A DNA stretch of 61,475 bases, filler included, from Choristocarpus tenellus KU-1152 (taxonomy: Eukaryota; Protista; Phaeophyceae): NCBI GenBank assembly GCA_964200185.2. It is 12 parts of 12 records of this genome, joined end to end, with 100 filler letters (N's around TTAATTAATTAA, not from the genome) between each part and the next. Parts side by side here need not be neighbours in the genome. Positions count along the whole stretch, not along the records: positions 44,420 to 49,039 come from CAXNAD020013765.1; positions 49,140 to 52,724 come from CAXNAD020019107.1; positions 52,825 to 56,223 come from CAXNAD020020295.1; positions 56,324 to 61,475 come from CAXNAD020011693.1; 8 more parts are not named here. One strand, given 5' to 3'. Both the position numbers and the translations under genes were made by a program. A model generated the notes under the pieces. It made no database searches and had not been told where the DNA came from. It saw only the letters and a list, made by a program, of their open reading frames with translations. Shown piece after piece: positions 47,572 to 60,249 of this stretch. Within the stretch, counting starts at the first letter, position 1, and each line of letters starts with the position of its first letter.

Positions 47572-48937
47572 GTAAGTCAATTTGATCAGCCCGATGTGGG
47601 TGTTTCACCTAACTCTCACCCAGGGTTGCATTTTGCTCATGATCTTTTGTGCAGTGCCTTACTATCGCTCTTTTTTTAGGCCAGTCCTAATTCGAAGATA
47701 GCACAGGCGATTGTAGATTGCACCTTGAGAAGGTAAGGTCATATGTTGTTCAATTTTTCGTGTTTTTTATCCTGATAAGTGAGAAATGAAAGGACGGTGA
47801 TATGAGGAGACAACAATATCAAGTTTGGGAGTGTTTGAGAACGACCGGTCCAAATGTGAACGCCATTTCAATCCCATTGCGACCTTTGGCAAGTTCAGGG
47901 GCGCTGTACGTCACACTGCAGGCCCCTTTTTGGACTATACCATGCATGAGGGTGGGGTGCCTAACTAGCTTCAATGGTTCGCTCGGATGCTTCTCAAATA
48001 GTAGTTGAGCTGGTTGACCCTACTCTTGGATGGTGGCTTATTAACACCTTTTTCAACCTTGTTTCAACTCTCAGAAGCCTTAGGGGTTAGGTGTGTCGAC
48101 CTTGAGGCAATGTTACCATTAGAATTGCTTCTATCCTTTCTTTGAAAAAAATGAAAGAAGTGGCCTACATAGAATTTGCATGTCAGACCATTTCTTATCA
48201 GTTTTGAAGCCACGATGAAGGACTGTGCAGTAAAAGGGACTTTTTTCAGTTTCACCTCTTCAATTTTGCTATCTTGTTGTGCTGTTTAATGTTGCTAAAA
48301 AAAAATCTGTTTGGATCGGCTCACCAAATATGTTCAATTTACAAGGTCACCTCTACCACCTATGTGTGTGTTGTAAAGATCGAGTCTTCCTGTTTACATA
48401 TAGGCTGCCAGAGCATTCATATTCTCAATCTTGGCACACCATAGGTATGCATGTAGAGCACCCAGAACAAACTAAACATATTTCCAAGACTTTGAATGGT
48501 ATGGAAATGTATCCACTGTGCACATATGTCCTACCTGGTGTGAGCTGTTCAGCACGCACCCTACAGACATGATTATCCATCTAGTTGATATATTTGGATT
48601 TGAGCACTGCCTAGATAGCTAGACTGGGTGGGGTTATGGTCGACACCACTATTTGACGGCATGATACCTTATAACAGAAGCTTTGCTTGTAAGGGATGGA
48701 CTAAGCACGTTATGAACTAGTAATAGACATGCGAAGTGAAATGAAGCGATGAGGAACCACTGCAGATTGCACAGTATGAGCACTCCCCTACAGACCCGAT
48801 AGAAATAGGTGGACTTTTTTTTCTGTTCAATTTATTGAACTCTTTCCTGTGCAGCCAGTGGGATCGTTATTTGTCCACTGTGTCCTCCACATCTAATGTG
48901 TACAATAGTGTTCTGTTTGTTGTTTCTTGCGAGATGG

Positions 48938-49039
48938 GACCCAAAGTATCTGGGGGGGGGGGGGGGTTCTACACCAGAGGGTCCATTTGGACCAAGAAAA
49001 GGAAAAGCGCATTTACATTATCCACCCAACGTATCCAAC
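48938..49039. mobile_element. MITE family A, partial copy at contig end
   Basis: GACCCAAAGTATCTGGGGGG...TACACCAGAGGGTCCATTTGG. Confidence 0.85.
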
Positions 49040-49388
49040 NNNNNNNNNNNNNNNNNNNNNNNNNNNNNNNNNNNNNNNNNNNNTTAATTAATTAANNNNN
49101 NNNNNNNNNNNNNNNNNNNNNNNNNNNNNNNNNNNNNNNCCAACCCCCACCCGGTAGAGGACCAACCCAAAATCTTCCTAAACCCACCATATACCTTGGA
49201 AGACAAAAACAACACATCTTAAAAAAAAAAAAAGATAAAAAAAAAGATAAAAAAAAAAAACAAAAACTCAACACCGTCCCCCACCCAACCAACCCACGAC
49301 CTCATGAACCCCCCTCCTCCTACACCCCAACAATCAATCACTGCTCCTATGACTCTCAACCCTTGCATGCCCCCCCCTTTCATCCCAC

Positions 49389-51342
49389 CTGCGGGTGATA
49401 GTAATGAAGTAACAGGCACAAAGCACGACCATCAGCAAACGAACTCGTGAAATTCCTCACTGGAACACCATACCCATGACACACAGCTCGACACCATGCC
49501 ATCAGCGCAGCCAGCACCCCATCATTATCCCCAACCCTCCCACACTCGTCCTCGTCGGACCTCACACCAGAAACGCCTTCCTTCTTTTCGTCGACACAAA
49601 ACGCCTTCCTACTACCGACTCCCACGGCACCCTCAAGCTCTGACACGTCAGGCATGGGCAATGGCGGGTGCTCTGTCCCTCCTACTGCAGGAGGCGTTGC
49701 TTCAACCTCATCACCGCTTACGCCATTGCCACCACAAGACAAGCGAGGGGCGGGGGCAAAGCGGCCACGGAGCGCACCCTGGAGCACTAGACCAGGGGGG
49801 CCATGGACTGCTGGTGGGGAGCCGCAGTTGCCAGCTGCACTGGACGCACGCCATGCACGGGCAGCAAGAACCGCCTTGACCTCTCTGACAAGGGCCTCCT
49901 TGCTCACAAGGGTGGAGAGGGAGTACCGTGTAATGATGGACCAGAGCAGCCTTAACGTGGCCTCTTGTTGCCCGTCAACAATATCTTTGGCAGTTACAGA
50001 TGGGGGCCACGATGGTGATGATGATGTTGATTCGGCAAGATTGTCCCTAGCAACGGTGGAGGTCGAACCCCTGCTGGCAGTACCTATTTCTAGTGTTGCC
50101 AAGGCCATTCCGGTGTTGTGTACTTTCTGCAGGAAGGAAGGAAGGAAGTAAGGAAGGAAGGGAGTGATTGGTATGGGTAAGGACGGCATAGGTGCCTTAG
50201 TGTTGGGGGGGGAAGGGCTATTAGGTATATCGGAAGTCTCAGGACCAGGGAGGGCAGAGAGTAGGCAAGTAAAGAGGAATAGCAGAGGAGTGCATAGTGA
50301 AGAAGAAAAAGAACGTGCACAACATGCATGCCCACCCCCCGTCATCGTTGACCCTATCCAACAAATGCTCCACTCCGAAATGTAGCCTCGTGATTGAAGT
50401 ACGCCCTTTTCTGAGCTTCACAACAGTAAGACCTGCACATATTTCGTTCACGTTGCACAAGTCCTAACATTTAACCCTAATCCTATTCTTACATTTTACA
50501 ACACACACAACAAACTCATCTTCTACAGCACACCTCTACGATGCAAGTGGATTTCTACAGGATAACACTGATAACACTGATAACACTGATAAAAATGAGT
50601 ATCATCACCCACACCGCACAGAACACAAACCAACGCTCTGCTGGTACTCCCTTGCCTCAAGAACAATCATTATCAACTGCAAGCAGTTCATATCTCCCCC
50701 CCCATATTAATATCACAAGACATGTGTTCAACCATACAAAATGGAAGACACCTATCACACCATTCAGATACATACCTGAGCACAAGACTTTCATCTTCAC
50801 TGCACCCATCTTTACAGCACCCCCTCCTCCTTCCCTGCACCCCTCTCACAGAAGCAAACATGGAAATCTTAACCTTTCCAGACAAAAAGAACCACAATTC
50901 ACTCCACTGTAAACCCTTCCCCCCCCTCACCCACTCAAACAGCCTAAATACTCAAAGGAGCAGGACCCCAGTACAAAACAAACACAGCATCAATATAAAT
51001 AGTGCACCAGCCTTCATCCCCTCATCTTATCACAGAGCAAGACAAGATACATTACCACCATCATTTAATATTCCCCAAACTGTCACAGCTGCCAGAGCAA
51101 GCAAAATACAGTGTATCTTGTCAAACTCTTTGACTGGAAAAAAGGTTGACAGGACAAACAAAGTGGGGGAAAGGGAGGAGCTTGCCTGCAGTCTTGACAT
51201 GGCAGGCAAGCGCAGCTCTCTGGTGATACCATACAACCCGGTGACCACCTCCACCAACCGAGCCAGGCGTACCCCATCCCTCAAGTCCATGGCCAGATTA
51301 GTCACACGGTAGTCAAACTCATCTGTCCAATGCAGTCACGAA

Positions 51343-51373
<31 letters not shown>

Positions 51374-52099
51374 TGTATGTATGTATGTATGTATGTATGT
51401 ATGTGTGTGTGAGTATCCCCAACCCTATAATAAAAAAAAGAACTACGAAGTATAATAAAAAAACAAAAGAGCATAAAGCTAGCGTACACAAATGGACTAC
51501 GGAAACCCTTTTAGGTGGTTTTCAAGAGACATAAAAATAAATAAAAAAATAACAACCAACAAGAGGCTAATAGAGGAGACATCAGCACTAATAACAGTGA
51601 GACCGATGTGTCAGTATCAGAGTAAACCGGTGCAATCTCTGAACAAATGAGACAGAGTTGAGTCAATCATGACCCTAACCCTAACCCCTGTACAGCACCG
51701 AATGAGGCAAACACCCATAGTATACTGATGGCATCAATGAAAACCAATTGTACAGATATGGGGAATAAGACTATACCTCAACACACAACATAAAAAATAA
51801 TAAATCCACCCTTATTCCGACACAACCAGCAAAACCTTCAACCCTAACCCTAACCCCAGGGTTAACTATCCACCATGAAGGAATTTCACACATAACCCCA
51901 CACTTCTTCCACCCCATGACGTAAGTCTTTCACTCTACACCAGTGCACTCAGGAAGGTCCTATTACACACAACTACTTCACCTATGTACGCCTGAACATG
52001 GTGAACGGTGTAGCCCATCTTCCTAAGGTGGCGGACAAAATCGCCCTCCCCATGCAAGAACTGACAAAACACCTTGAGCATGCCTTCACTTGACTTCAC
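49389..52099 (-). CDS. ASPM: Abnormal spindle-like microcephaly-associated protein homolog (calponin-homology region), 3 internal exons
   Basis: Exons are 52099-51982 (VKSS..FLHGEGDFVRHLRKMGYTVHHVQAYI), 51322-51186 (DEFDYRVTNLAMDLRDGVRL..RLPAMSRLQ, GC donor) and 50126-49389 (KVHN..AKDIVDGQQEATLRLLW..AWCRAVCHGYGVPVRNFTSSFADGRALCLLLHYYHP). All join in phase and carry diagnostic ASPM motifs. Confidence 0.92.
51345..51402. repeat. (ATGT)n microsatellite in an ASPM intron
   Basis: Directly visible; a shorter one lies at about 7089-7122. Confidence 0.95.
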
Positions 52100-52824
52100 C
52101 TGTCAAGAACAATGAAGAGTGGGGGACAGGGAGGGGGGGGAGGAATAAGCAAGGTAAAGGTATGTGTATATCCAAAGGCCAATACTATGTTTAGAACTCC
52201 ATCACACACAACAACAAAAATAAAAAATAAATGTTGAATCTTCTCAGTCCTCTCAACCCATCTAAAGTCCTTTTTTTTCTTTGAGACATGTTGATACCAC
52301 CTCAGAGAGGCGTGTTGTTGAGTTTACTCACATGTTCACCTTTTTTCTCACTTTATTTATTATATATAGGTCCTCCAGCCATTTCACAGCAGCGATCTTG
52401 CCATCCCAACACAATCATCACCCACCACCCAGCACAACTCCCTTCCTATAAATCATTCTTCTTATTACCACTACTATAGTGATTCCACGCAATAATAGTG
52501 GTTAAACACCATTTTTTTTTTGTGTATGAAATCAACGTTTGACTGCATCGTCGGTTTCAACAGTTTCACTTTCTCACCTCCGCAGACTTACGGAACAGGC
52601 AAGAACAGTGCTCGAGAAGATTCTCCCCCTTCCGCAGCAGAAGGGGGAACAAAGCAACCAGGAAGAGGGGGGGGGGGGGGGGGGGGGGGGGAGAGGGGGG
52701 GGGGGAAGGGGGCGCACAAACCAANNNNNNNNNNNNNNNNNNNNNNNNNNNNNNNNNNNNNNNNNNNNTTAATTAATTAANNNNNNNNNNNNNNNNNNNN
52801 NNNNNNNNNNNNNNNNNNNNNNNN

Positions 52825-52846
52825 CCCCCCCTAGATACTTTGACCC
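52825..52846. mobile_element. MITE family A terminus at contig start
   Basis: CCCCCCCTAGATACTTTGACCC. Confidence 0.7.
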
Positions 52847-53044
52847 ACTACTTTGACATAACCATCTTATGTATGAGGCACAAATAATAGTGAAACAAGC
52901 AATGAGAAGACACCCCACAAAGGTCACTCTACTAATTCCATCCATTCTTTCTACGTTCAGCAAAAGGGATCATGTGAGGCTTTACACCTTCTTATCTTTA
53001 CTACTGATAAATAGCATTACTTCCCAAGGTAAATTGCGCACACT

Positions 53045-53068
53045 CTACCCTCTCAGATACTTTGACTC
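53045..53068. mobile_element. MITE family B terminus
   Basis: CTACCCTCTCAGATACTTTGACTC abutting the Copia gag remnant. Confidence 0.65.
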
Positions 53069-54950
53069 TACTGGATTGTTTGGATGACGACTACCAGATT
53101 ACCAAACAATACGAAGAACATCTTGGTAATGGTGAGCATTCGAGATCCACAATACAATGCACTGCCCGTTCGTTTTATATTCTGTACAACTTGAAGCAGG
53201 GAACCGCGGAGAGCCTGGGAGCACTCTGGCCTCTAAGACTGTGCCCTCATGGAAGATGTCACCGAAAAGATCAACCGAGGAGGTGGCCAATGTACAACTA
53301 GTCATCATACGGACCCTAGCACTATAGAATCCCGTGCCAGAGATGAGATCAAGACACGAGAACAATGTTTCAAGCGTGGGTTGATCTAGCATGCCAGCCG
53401 TTGCACTTTTGAAGGACTGTGCTACAGATGTGGGAATAAAGGACACCGGCAGTACATTTTTCACCAGGGGAGTGCGACGCAGTCTAATGAGGTGGATGAA
53501 TTAGCTGGACCAGAGTTGGAATCAGGAAAGGGAATTTTGGTTGTCCCCAGGGGAAAACAATGCTGCCTAATGAGGAGAATGATGATTTGTTCCCCCGTTG
53601 AGGAAGGGGGAACCTCCTGTTATCTGCACCCCATGATGATGGGGGCAGCCAAGCTACAACATTCTCTCCATGATAAAAGATGAGGACAAGACAGTTGTGG
53701 TGTTTTATTTGTTATTATCTGCGTATTTCCCTTCACATCTCCCAAGCACTAGCTGCTATATCTACTCTCAGTCCAAGAGGTGGTGGGTGTTGAGAATGGT
53801 ATCTCCTTTACTGATCGAGGATACAAGGGGAATATGAGGTTAACACTTAATGTTTGGATGGAGGTACAAGATGGTGTTGAGAGAGATATTTTTCTGGATT
53901 GGTGAGAGTCCAGGAAGTGGAGACTGGACGCTGGAGGTCACCATTCTCCAGCACTTCACCTAGTAGCTGTGCAAACTCCTTTGATTTATCTGCTGTTTTG
54001 TTTTACAAGAGTTGCATTGTTTGATATGTTTTGTCTGTTTTCCATTGAGACTACTCTTGTGATTTGTGTGAGTGATGAATGAGTCTATCGGAGTGTTAAC
54101 GGATGATATTCCTCCAGAACCCAAGACTGTAAGAACAGCACATAGATCTCCTGGATGTGATTTGTGGGATCGAGCTAGAGCAGAAGAGATGTCTGGTTAG
54201 TTGTTTGAATGGCAGTTGGGTGGAGAGCGTGTTACTCCCTGGACGCAGGTTAATTTACACCAAATATATTCACTAGCACAAGTTCAATAAAATTGATAAG
54301 GTAGTGAGATACAAGGCATGTGTAGTAGCAACAGGATCTTCATGAGACCAAGGACTTAGATTTTCTGTGATACCTTTGCCCTTACGACATGGACTGTACG
54401 TTTTAGAATGGTTTTGGGACTAGTTACGGATAAGGTTTCATGCATTGGGATATGAAGCAGAATCAGAAATCAGAGAGGTAATACTTGTTTGTTTATGTGA
54501 CGGATGTAGTTTTTGATCAGTAAAGATGGTGCGTTTAGTGAAAGATCTTTATGCCACCAAACAGGCTAGCAGGGAGTTGAATAATTTATTGGTGCATATT
54601 TTGGAAAAATGTGACCTTGAGCAATGCAGAGCAGATCCCTGTGTGCTACGCTATGTATGAAATGGCGTTGTTTGTGCTGTAATGGCCCCTCGCGTTGACG
54701 ATCTTATGGTGGCAGGAATACCTGATATCTTGGTTTGAGTTCGCTCGAGGATCAAGGAGCAGTTTATATATATATATATATATTAGATTATGGTGATACT
54801 GAATACTATATATGGGTTTTGTGAGATTTCGCATTACAGAATTGCACAGACAGTTGGCATTAGTCAGACTAAGTACATTAGGAGCATTTGTCACAGATTT
54901 GGTATGGTGGGGCAAAGAAAAGGGCAGTCGGTTCTAGGCAGAGACAGTCG
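53069..54950 (+). mobile_element. Degenerate Ty1/Copia retrotransposon (gag, zinc knuckle, RT)
   Basis: LDCLDDDYQITK (gag), EQCFKRGLI*H (knuckle remnant), KVVRYKACVVATG and VRLVKDLYATKQASRELNN..EQCRADPCVL..RVDDLMVAG (Copia RT motifs). Many stops. Confidence 0.85.
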
Positions 54951-56149
54951 TATAGATTGAAAGGTCATGCACATGGACCCAAATCGTTTGACTCCTTTTA
55001 TCTATAAATACTTATTTTATATAGATGTGTGTTGTTGGGCATATGCTGACACTTCTCGCTTCTTGATCTTCACCACTTTGGGTACAATTTCCGAGGAGTC
55101 ACTCCTGAAAAACATTCACTGCAAGCCTACTACGGAGAGAGCCCTTGCAGCCGTAGACCACCTATGTCCGTAGCCTGTGCAGTTCTGGTGGAAAATATTG
55201 ATATTCCTGGATATCCACAGTAGAACTATCAAATTAGTACACACACAGAGTAGGGTGAATACTGTTTGGATAGGCCGGAAAATTCATAGTCTAAGTGGGG
55301 GGGGCATCGAGGCTCCGTGACCAGCTGTAGATTTTGATATTCCTTTCGCCGATATAGTTGATCGTTGGCATTTCGTCCCGAAAGAAAAGATGTCGATCAT
55401 TGAGGGTACTTCGCCTGATATACTTCATAATAAGATTTTGAAGGATCTATGGTGACAATATGGTGGTAACTCGGGATAGATATGTTCGTATTGGGTCATG
55501 ATTAGGTGATCAATCGTTGTCTACACGGCTCCAGTGACAAACTTGGACATTTTTTGGAATAATGTGATAAATTGAGAAGACTAATATCATGGTGAAAATA
55601 GAATAGTTTCATTGTAGATTGATCGCTGGTTTGTGTACAAATTTAGGCTGCTATTTTATGTCAGTAGGTAGAAGAAGAGTGAAGAGATGGGAGACTTTTA
55701 AGGTGGGATGTTGTTGGAATGTCGAGCGTCGTAGATAAAGGTGTGAGCGTGGGAGCATGGTCCATGGTTTGTGTTTAAATTTAGACTCCTATTTGTATCA
55801 GTATGGAAGAAGAGTGGACAGATGGGAACCTCTTAAGGTGGGGTGTTGTTGGAATGTGGAGCATCATGGACGAAGGTGGGAGCATTATGGAAAAATTGGT
55901 GTGGGAGTGGATGTGTAAATATTAGCTGCATTAGTTAGTGAGTGAATACCAGGCGTAAATTGACTGCACTGCTTTGGTTTGGTAGTGGATACACCATCTA
56001 CAGAAATTGACTGCATTGGTCTGCGAGTGGATACCAGCGGCAGAAATGGAACCATAGTTATGGTGGTAACACGGTGGTGATGTGACATTGGTCAGCCATG
56101 GAGTGAGCGATGCGATGTTAGTTGATGAGAAGTGAAGCGTATGTGAGGT

Positions 56150-56223
56150 GGGTGAAAGTATCTTAGAGGGTAGGTGCTTTGCCCTGTTTGTGACCCAAAG
56201 TATCTGGGAGGGGGGGGGGGGAT
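56150..56223. mobile_element. MITE family B terminus (56150-56191) with a family A terminus inside it (56192 to contig end)
   Basis: GGGTGAAAGTATCTTAGAGGGTA..GCCCTGTTTGT is directly followed by GACCCAAAGTATCTGGGAGGGG. Confidence 0.8.
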
Positions 56224-56961
56224 NNNNNNNNNNNNNNNNNNNNNNNNNNNNNNNNNNNNNNNNNNNNTTAATTAATTAANNNNNNNNNNNNNNNNNNNNN
56301 NNNNNNNNNNNNNNNNNNNNNNNGGTGCCCCCCCATTTTTTTCTTTTCCATTTGACCTGACCACTACCCTATTGCACAGTTTGCAGCCTGGTTGGCAGGC
56401 GTGGTTGGTGCAACGATACTTCTCAATAACTTGTGCTACTTCTTGCCACCAAGGTCCAGCCTTAGTTCACGCACACACCACTTTGCTTTCAGCCGGAAAG
56501 GATTTACGCCTTCGCTCCCCTGAAAAAAAAAAACTTTCCTAGGAGACTCAGCACGTGTGCTATGCCTTAAACTGTCACAGAAAGGAAACTCTCCTGCAGT
56601 GTACCCTCCCAAGCGTACAGGTCACAATAGACAATGTCACAACAGATGAATGATATCAACTGTACCACATTGTTGGGCCCAACGCAGTCTGTAACATTCC
56701 TGATTCCTCTATGCGCACTCTACTCGTCCATTACAATTCACTGGCGACCCCACGACCCTCCAACACTATGTGGTGGCACCGGGCACCACAGAGCCCAATT
56801 CCCCACACCTTACCCCGCCATGACATCTGAAGGGTGGAGTATGCAAATACAACATTGCGCTTATTTGTGACCCTAACCCTAACCCTACACAAGAGCACAC
56901 GATTCAACTCGCCCTCCCCCCATTAAATACCACCCCCTCAACAGATTCCGAGCTGTCCTAC

Positions 56962-59759
56962 CTGGACCTTGTCTGATCGTCTGAGATCCTTTTCCTTAGC
57001 ATTCCTTCCACATGTCTCCTGGATCTTCCTCTCATAAAACTGTTTGATCAGTCCTTCTTCCTCCACCTAGACACACACACACACACAAACATAATACAAA
57101 CATACACACAAAAATGCCCTGGTTCAAAGCCCATCAGTCAGACATGAATCAAGATTACTACAGTAACACCCATTCCTCCATGCACTCACTTCTTTTTGTA
57201 GACCTTTGTTTTCCAGAGTTATCAGCACTGATGTTGAAGTAAGACTTAAAAAAAAAAGCTGAACGGCGCAAGCAAGTCACTTGGTACATCAAAGGGCCAC
57301 TTATCATCATATTCAAGACACTTGCAAGTGTGACACTGCATTAATATCATTAGTACTAATACTAACAAACTGCTAACCGACAGTAGTGGCGATGCCCTCT
57401 CCACCAGGCCCCTCTTTGCTTTGCGGGGAGCAGCAGCTTCAGCCTCCAGCGTCCCTATTGTGGAAGGCATCAGTACATCCCAATTCAAAATACCGTAGAC
57501 AATTAACAAGACCAGAGGCACAGGAAGGAAGAAGCAAAAGGAACGCAAAAGGCTTCTTGTAAGTTGAAGTGACCCAAGAGGGGTATGCATGCCATTGAGT
57601 TTGAAGCGCCCCTCTGACGTTCTGATTAAACGTTTTTTTAGGACACATGGTATTCCCCACCTGTGTATTACATTTTTGATGTCTTGTGGGTTCATCCAAT
57701 CAGCAGAAGCAAGCTATTCTTATCAACGACCTTTCTTGAATGTCTTCATCTCCTTCAAGCAGAGTTGACCCCCCCCCTCCCCCCCCCCCAATCGAAACTC
57801 AAAAAAGCCAGAATACACAACCCTCTCAGTAATTTCAACTCTATGAGCATATCTATGAGCACTAAATACCTCATTCTCCCCTTGGCGGGCATCGAAGCCT
57901 AAATCTCAACAGTCACAGCGAAGGCAGGCCTCCAACCGTTTGGGTTGTGGCAAAGACAAGAAAGAGTATGGCTATTCTTTACGTTAGGGTAATCTCTCCC
58001 TCCATGCACCATACCTTCCAACAGCTAGAGAACACTGCCCAACAACTAAAAGTGTTATATCATCCTCGTTAGCGGCTGCTCATGAGGGGGTGGATGTATG
58101 CCCTTATGCAACAGCCTGAGAACTACAGGAACAATGGGGAACGCACGTTTCATCCATTTGGTCGAAAAGAGCAATGGACTGAACACTCCCTTACCTTCAA
58201 CAAGCATGTTCAAAGCAGTGTGAGGTATATTTGTACCCCTGCGGTGACTGATATCTATCTACAAGTGTGTCAACATATTGTACATTGGAGCTTCTGTGTG
58301 CATGTTTATGTTTAACCCGCAGGAGCCTTGAGTCTGGCAAATGGATCAGACAGGGCACCTGCTTCACGATACTGCTCTTGTAGATGGAAAAACATCTACA
58401 AGATAGTATGCAATAGTCTGCAAGTAGTACAAAGGACAAACGCTATCATATTTTCAATACTACCTCAAAATGCTACCGCCATCATGATCTTTGGTGAAGA
58501 GTTCATTAAAGGAAATAATGAAATTCGGACAGCTGGAAGAGCGTTTCAAGATTTGCATATACTATGTTCCTATTGTAGAAGTCTTGATGTGCTTGCAGCA
58601 TGTCCCATTGCATCAAGAGAGCTTGCCATAGTAGTCACCGCCAACCTGCTGGTAACTGTCCACAAATCACCCACGCTACTAGTCTTGTTTTAACCATTTC
58701 CCAATCCAAATGAAACCAAGGTGAACAAACAAGAGCTCTGAGCAAGAACTGAGCGTACACAATGGAATGCCACATATTCAATCACAAGGAAGATAAATGG
58801 GTTACATAAATCTTGTAATAATCTTTCTCACTCCCTCATGGTTTGCCACCATCAGCAGAGGGGAGCTGCCTATGGACAAAGCAATATTGACATAGCCAGG
58901 GACCTTACATTGCTTCTTTCACCCACCTTTGTCAGCACTGTCTCCCCCTTCGTTGACGTTTGTATCACTCACCGAAGAGTCAGTAGCAGAAGATTTCAGG
59001 GCCACACTCCGGGCCACCTTGTAAGAAGTGTTTCAGAGGAAGAGGCGGGCAAAATGTACGTTGGTAGGTGCAAGTCCAGATGTCTGGGGTGACCTTGAAG
59101 AATTGGGAAATGGAAGGGGAGAAATGTATGTCAGGAAGAACGAAGCTGCAAAGGGCCTTGATTGAGTGAAGTAGAGGTGCAATTGGAAAATATAGATGCA
59201 GAGGACTGAGAATAACCGCTACAGCATTGCTTCATAGGTCTTGGTTTTAGCATACACATCCAAGAGGGTTGGATAAAGACGAAAAGCTGTAATTGGTGCA
59301 ATAACCGGCAGTTTTGAACCAAGTCTAAGAGACGAGTGCAGTTTGACTATTCGTGATGACACCATTTATAGATCTGGGGACACCTCCGTGACATATCAAG
59401 CTCCCTCACCATAGGGTCTAACTTGCATTACCTCTGGGACCTTTCCTGCAGCGCAGGCCTCCGACGCCAGAAACGTTGTCTCCTCCAGCATCTCCCCTAA
59501 TACAGCAGAACGAACATCGTCGCAGGGGAGGGAGTGGGTGTTGAGTGAGAACGGAGAGGCGGCACCTGCGGACCGCACGAGGAAGTGGCGTTCATCGAAC
59601 TGAAGAGGATGTATTGGATAATTACACGGCTAGAAGAGAGAAAGGTGGGTCTAAGTGTACCAATGCAGGCCATCCTCTTGTTCTTCCCTCACAAGACTCA
59701 CTGAGGGTAGATTTGTTGAAAAGCCAATGTCGACGGTGCGTCGAGACAGAGAAGTCCAT
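56962..59759 (-). CDS. CCNH: Cyclin H, exons 1-5 (partial)
   Basis: Exons 59759-59702, 59496-59432, 59017-58927, 57454-57378 and 57066-56962, all GT-AG and phase-compatible. Product: MDFSVSTHRRHWLFNKSTLREM...PLLSVEEEGLIKQFYERKIQETC...SDKVQ. The DF..ST....W.F and L...EE.....FYE.KI...C motifs are cyclin H N-terminal signatures. Confidence 0.82.
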
Positions 59760-60249
59760 CCTTAAGCTTAAATCTTTGACGTTGCTCTATAAGCTCTCAT
59801 CGAGCACGTGTAGGTCGATCCTTGATCCTACCATTCAATTTGTGTCAGTACCCACAAAACTTCAATGGGGTGAAGAGACGATTTTTTCTTCGTGAATGCT
59901 GAGGCAGGTTTTACTTTGTCCTCAACGTCTAGATGTTTCTGTGGGGCAGTATCAGCAGGAGATATTGTTTAAGAAAGGCGGATCCTCCTTTGAATCATGG
60001 GATATGGTGTTTTTCAGTACTTGATGAAGTTTAGGATCAAGGAGATGCGAACAAGAGTTCCAACCTTGGCGACACCGTCGAAGGCACTATCTTTGTTGGG
60101 AAGTTGTTTATGAATGTGCCAACCGTATAATACCGTATAATATAGTTGTAGAAAGTGGAAGTATTTAGTATTGGTTGGACATGTTCTTGAAGACTTCCGT
60201 TACGAAATCATGGGCCTCTATTCATGTGTTTTAACCTACAGAGAGTAAA

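Noticed and set aside
47654-47732. Possible exon 4 of the Zn2Cys6 gene
   Set aside because: Both candidate acceptors give a stop in the required phase; this cannot be resolved without transcripts.
56436-56519. Candidate final exon GSEGVNPFRLKAKWC...KK* after cyclin H exon 5
   Set aside because: It has an acceptor-like context, but cyclin H should continue into the cyclin box (ATA..YF.RFY). The true exon is probably on another contig.
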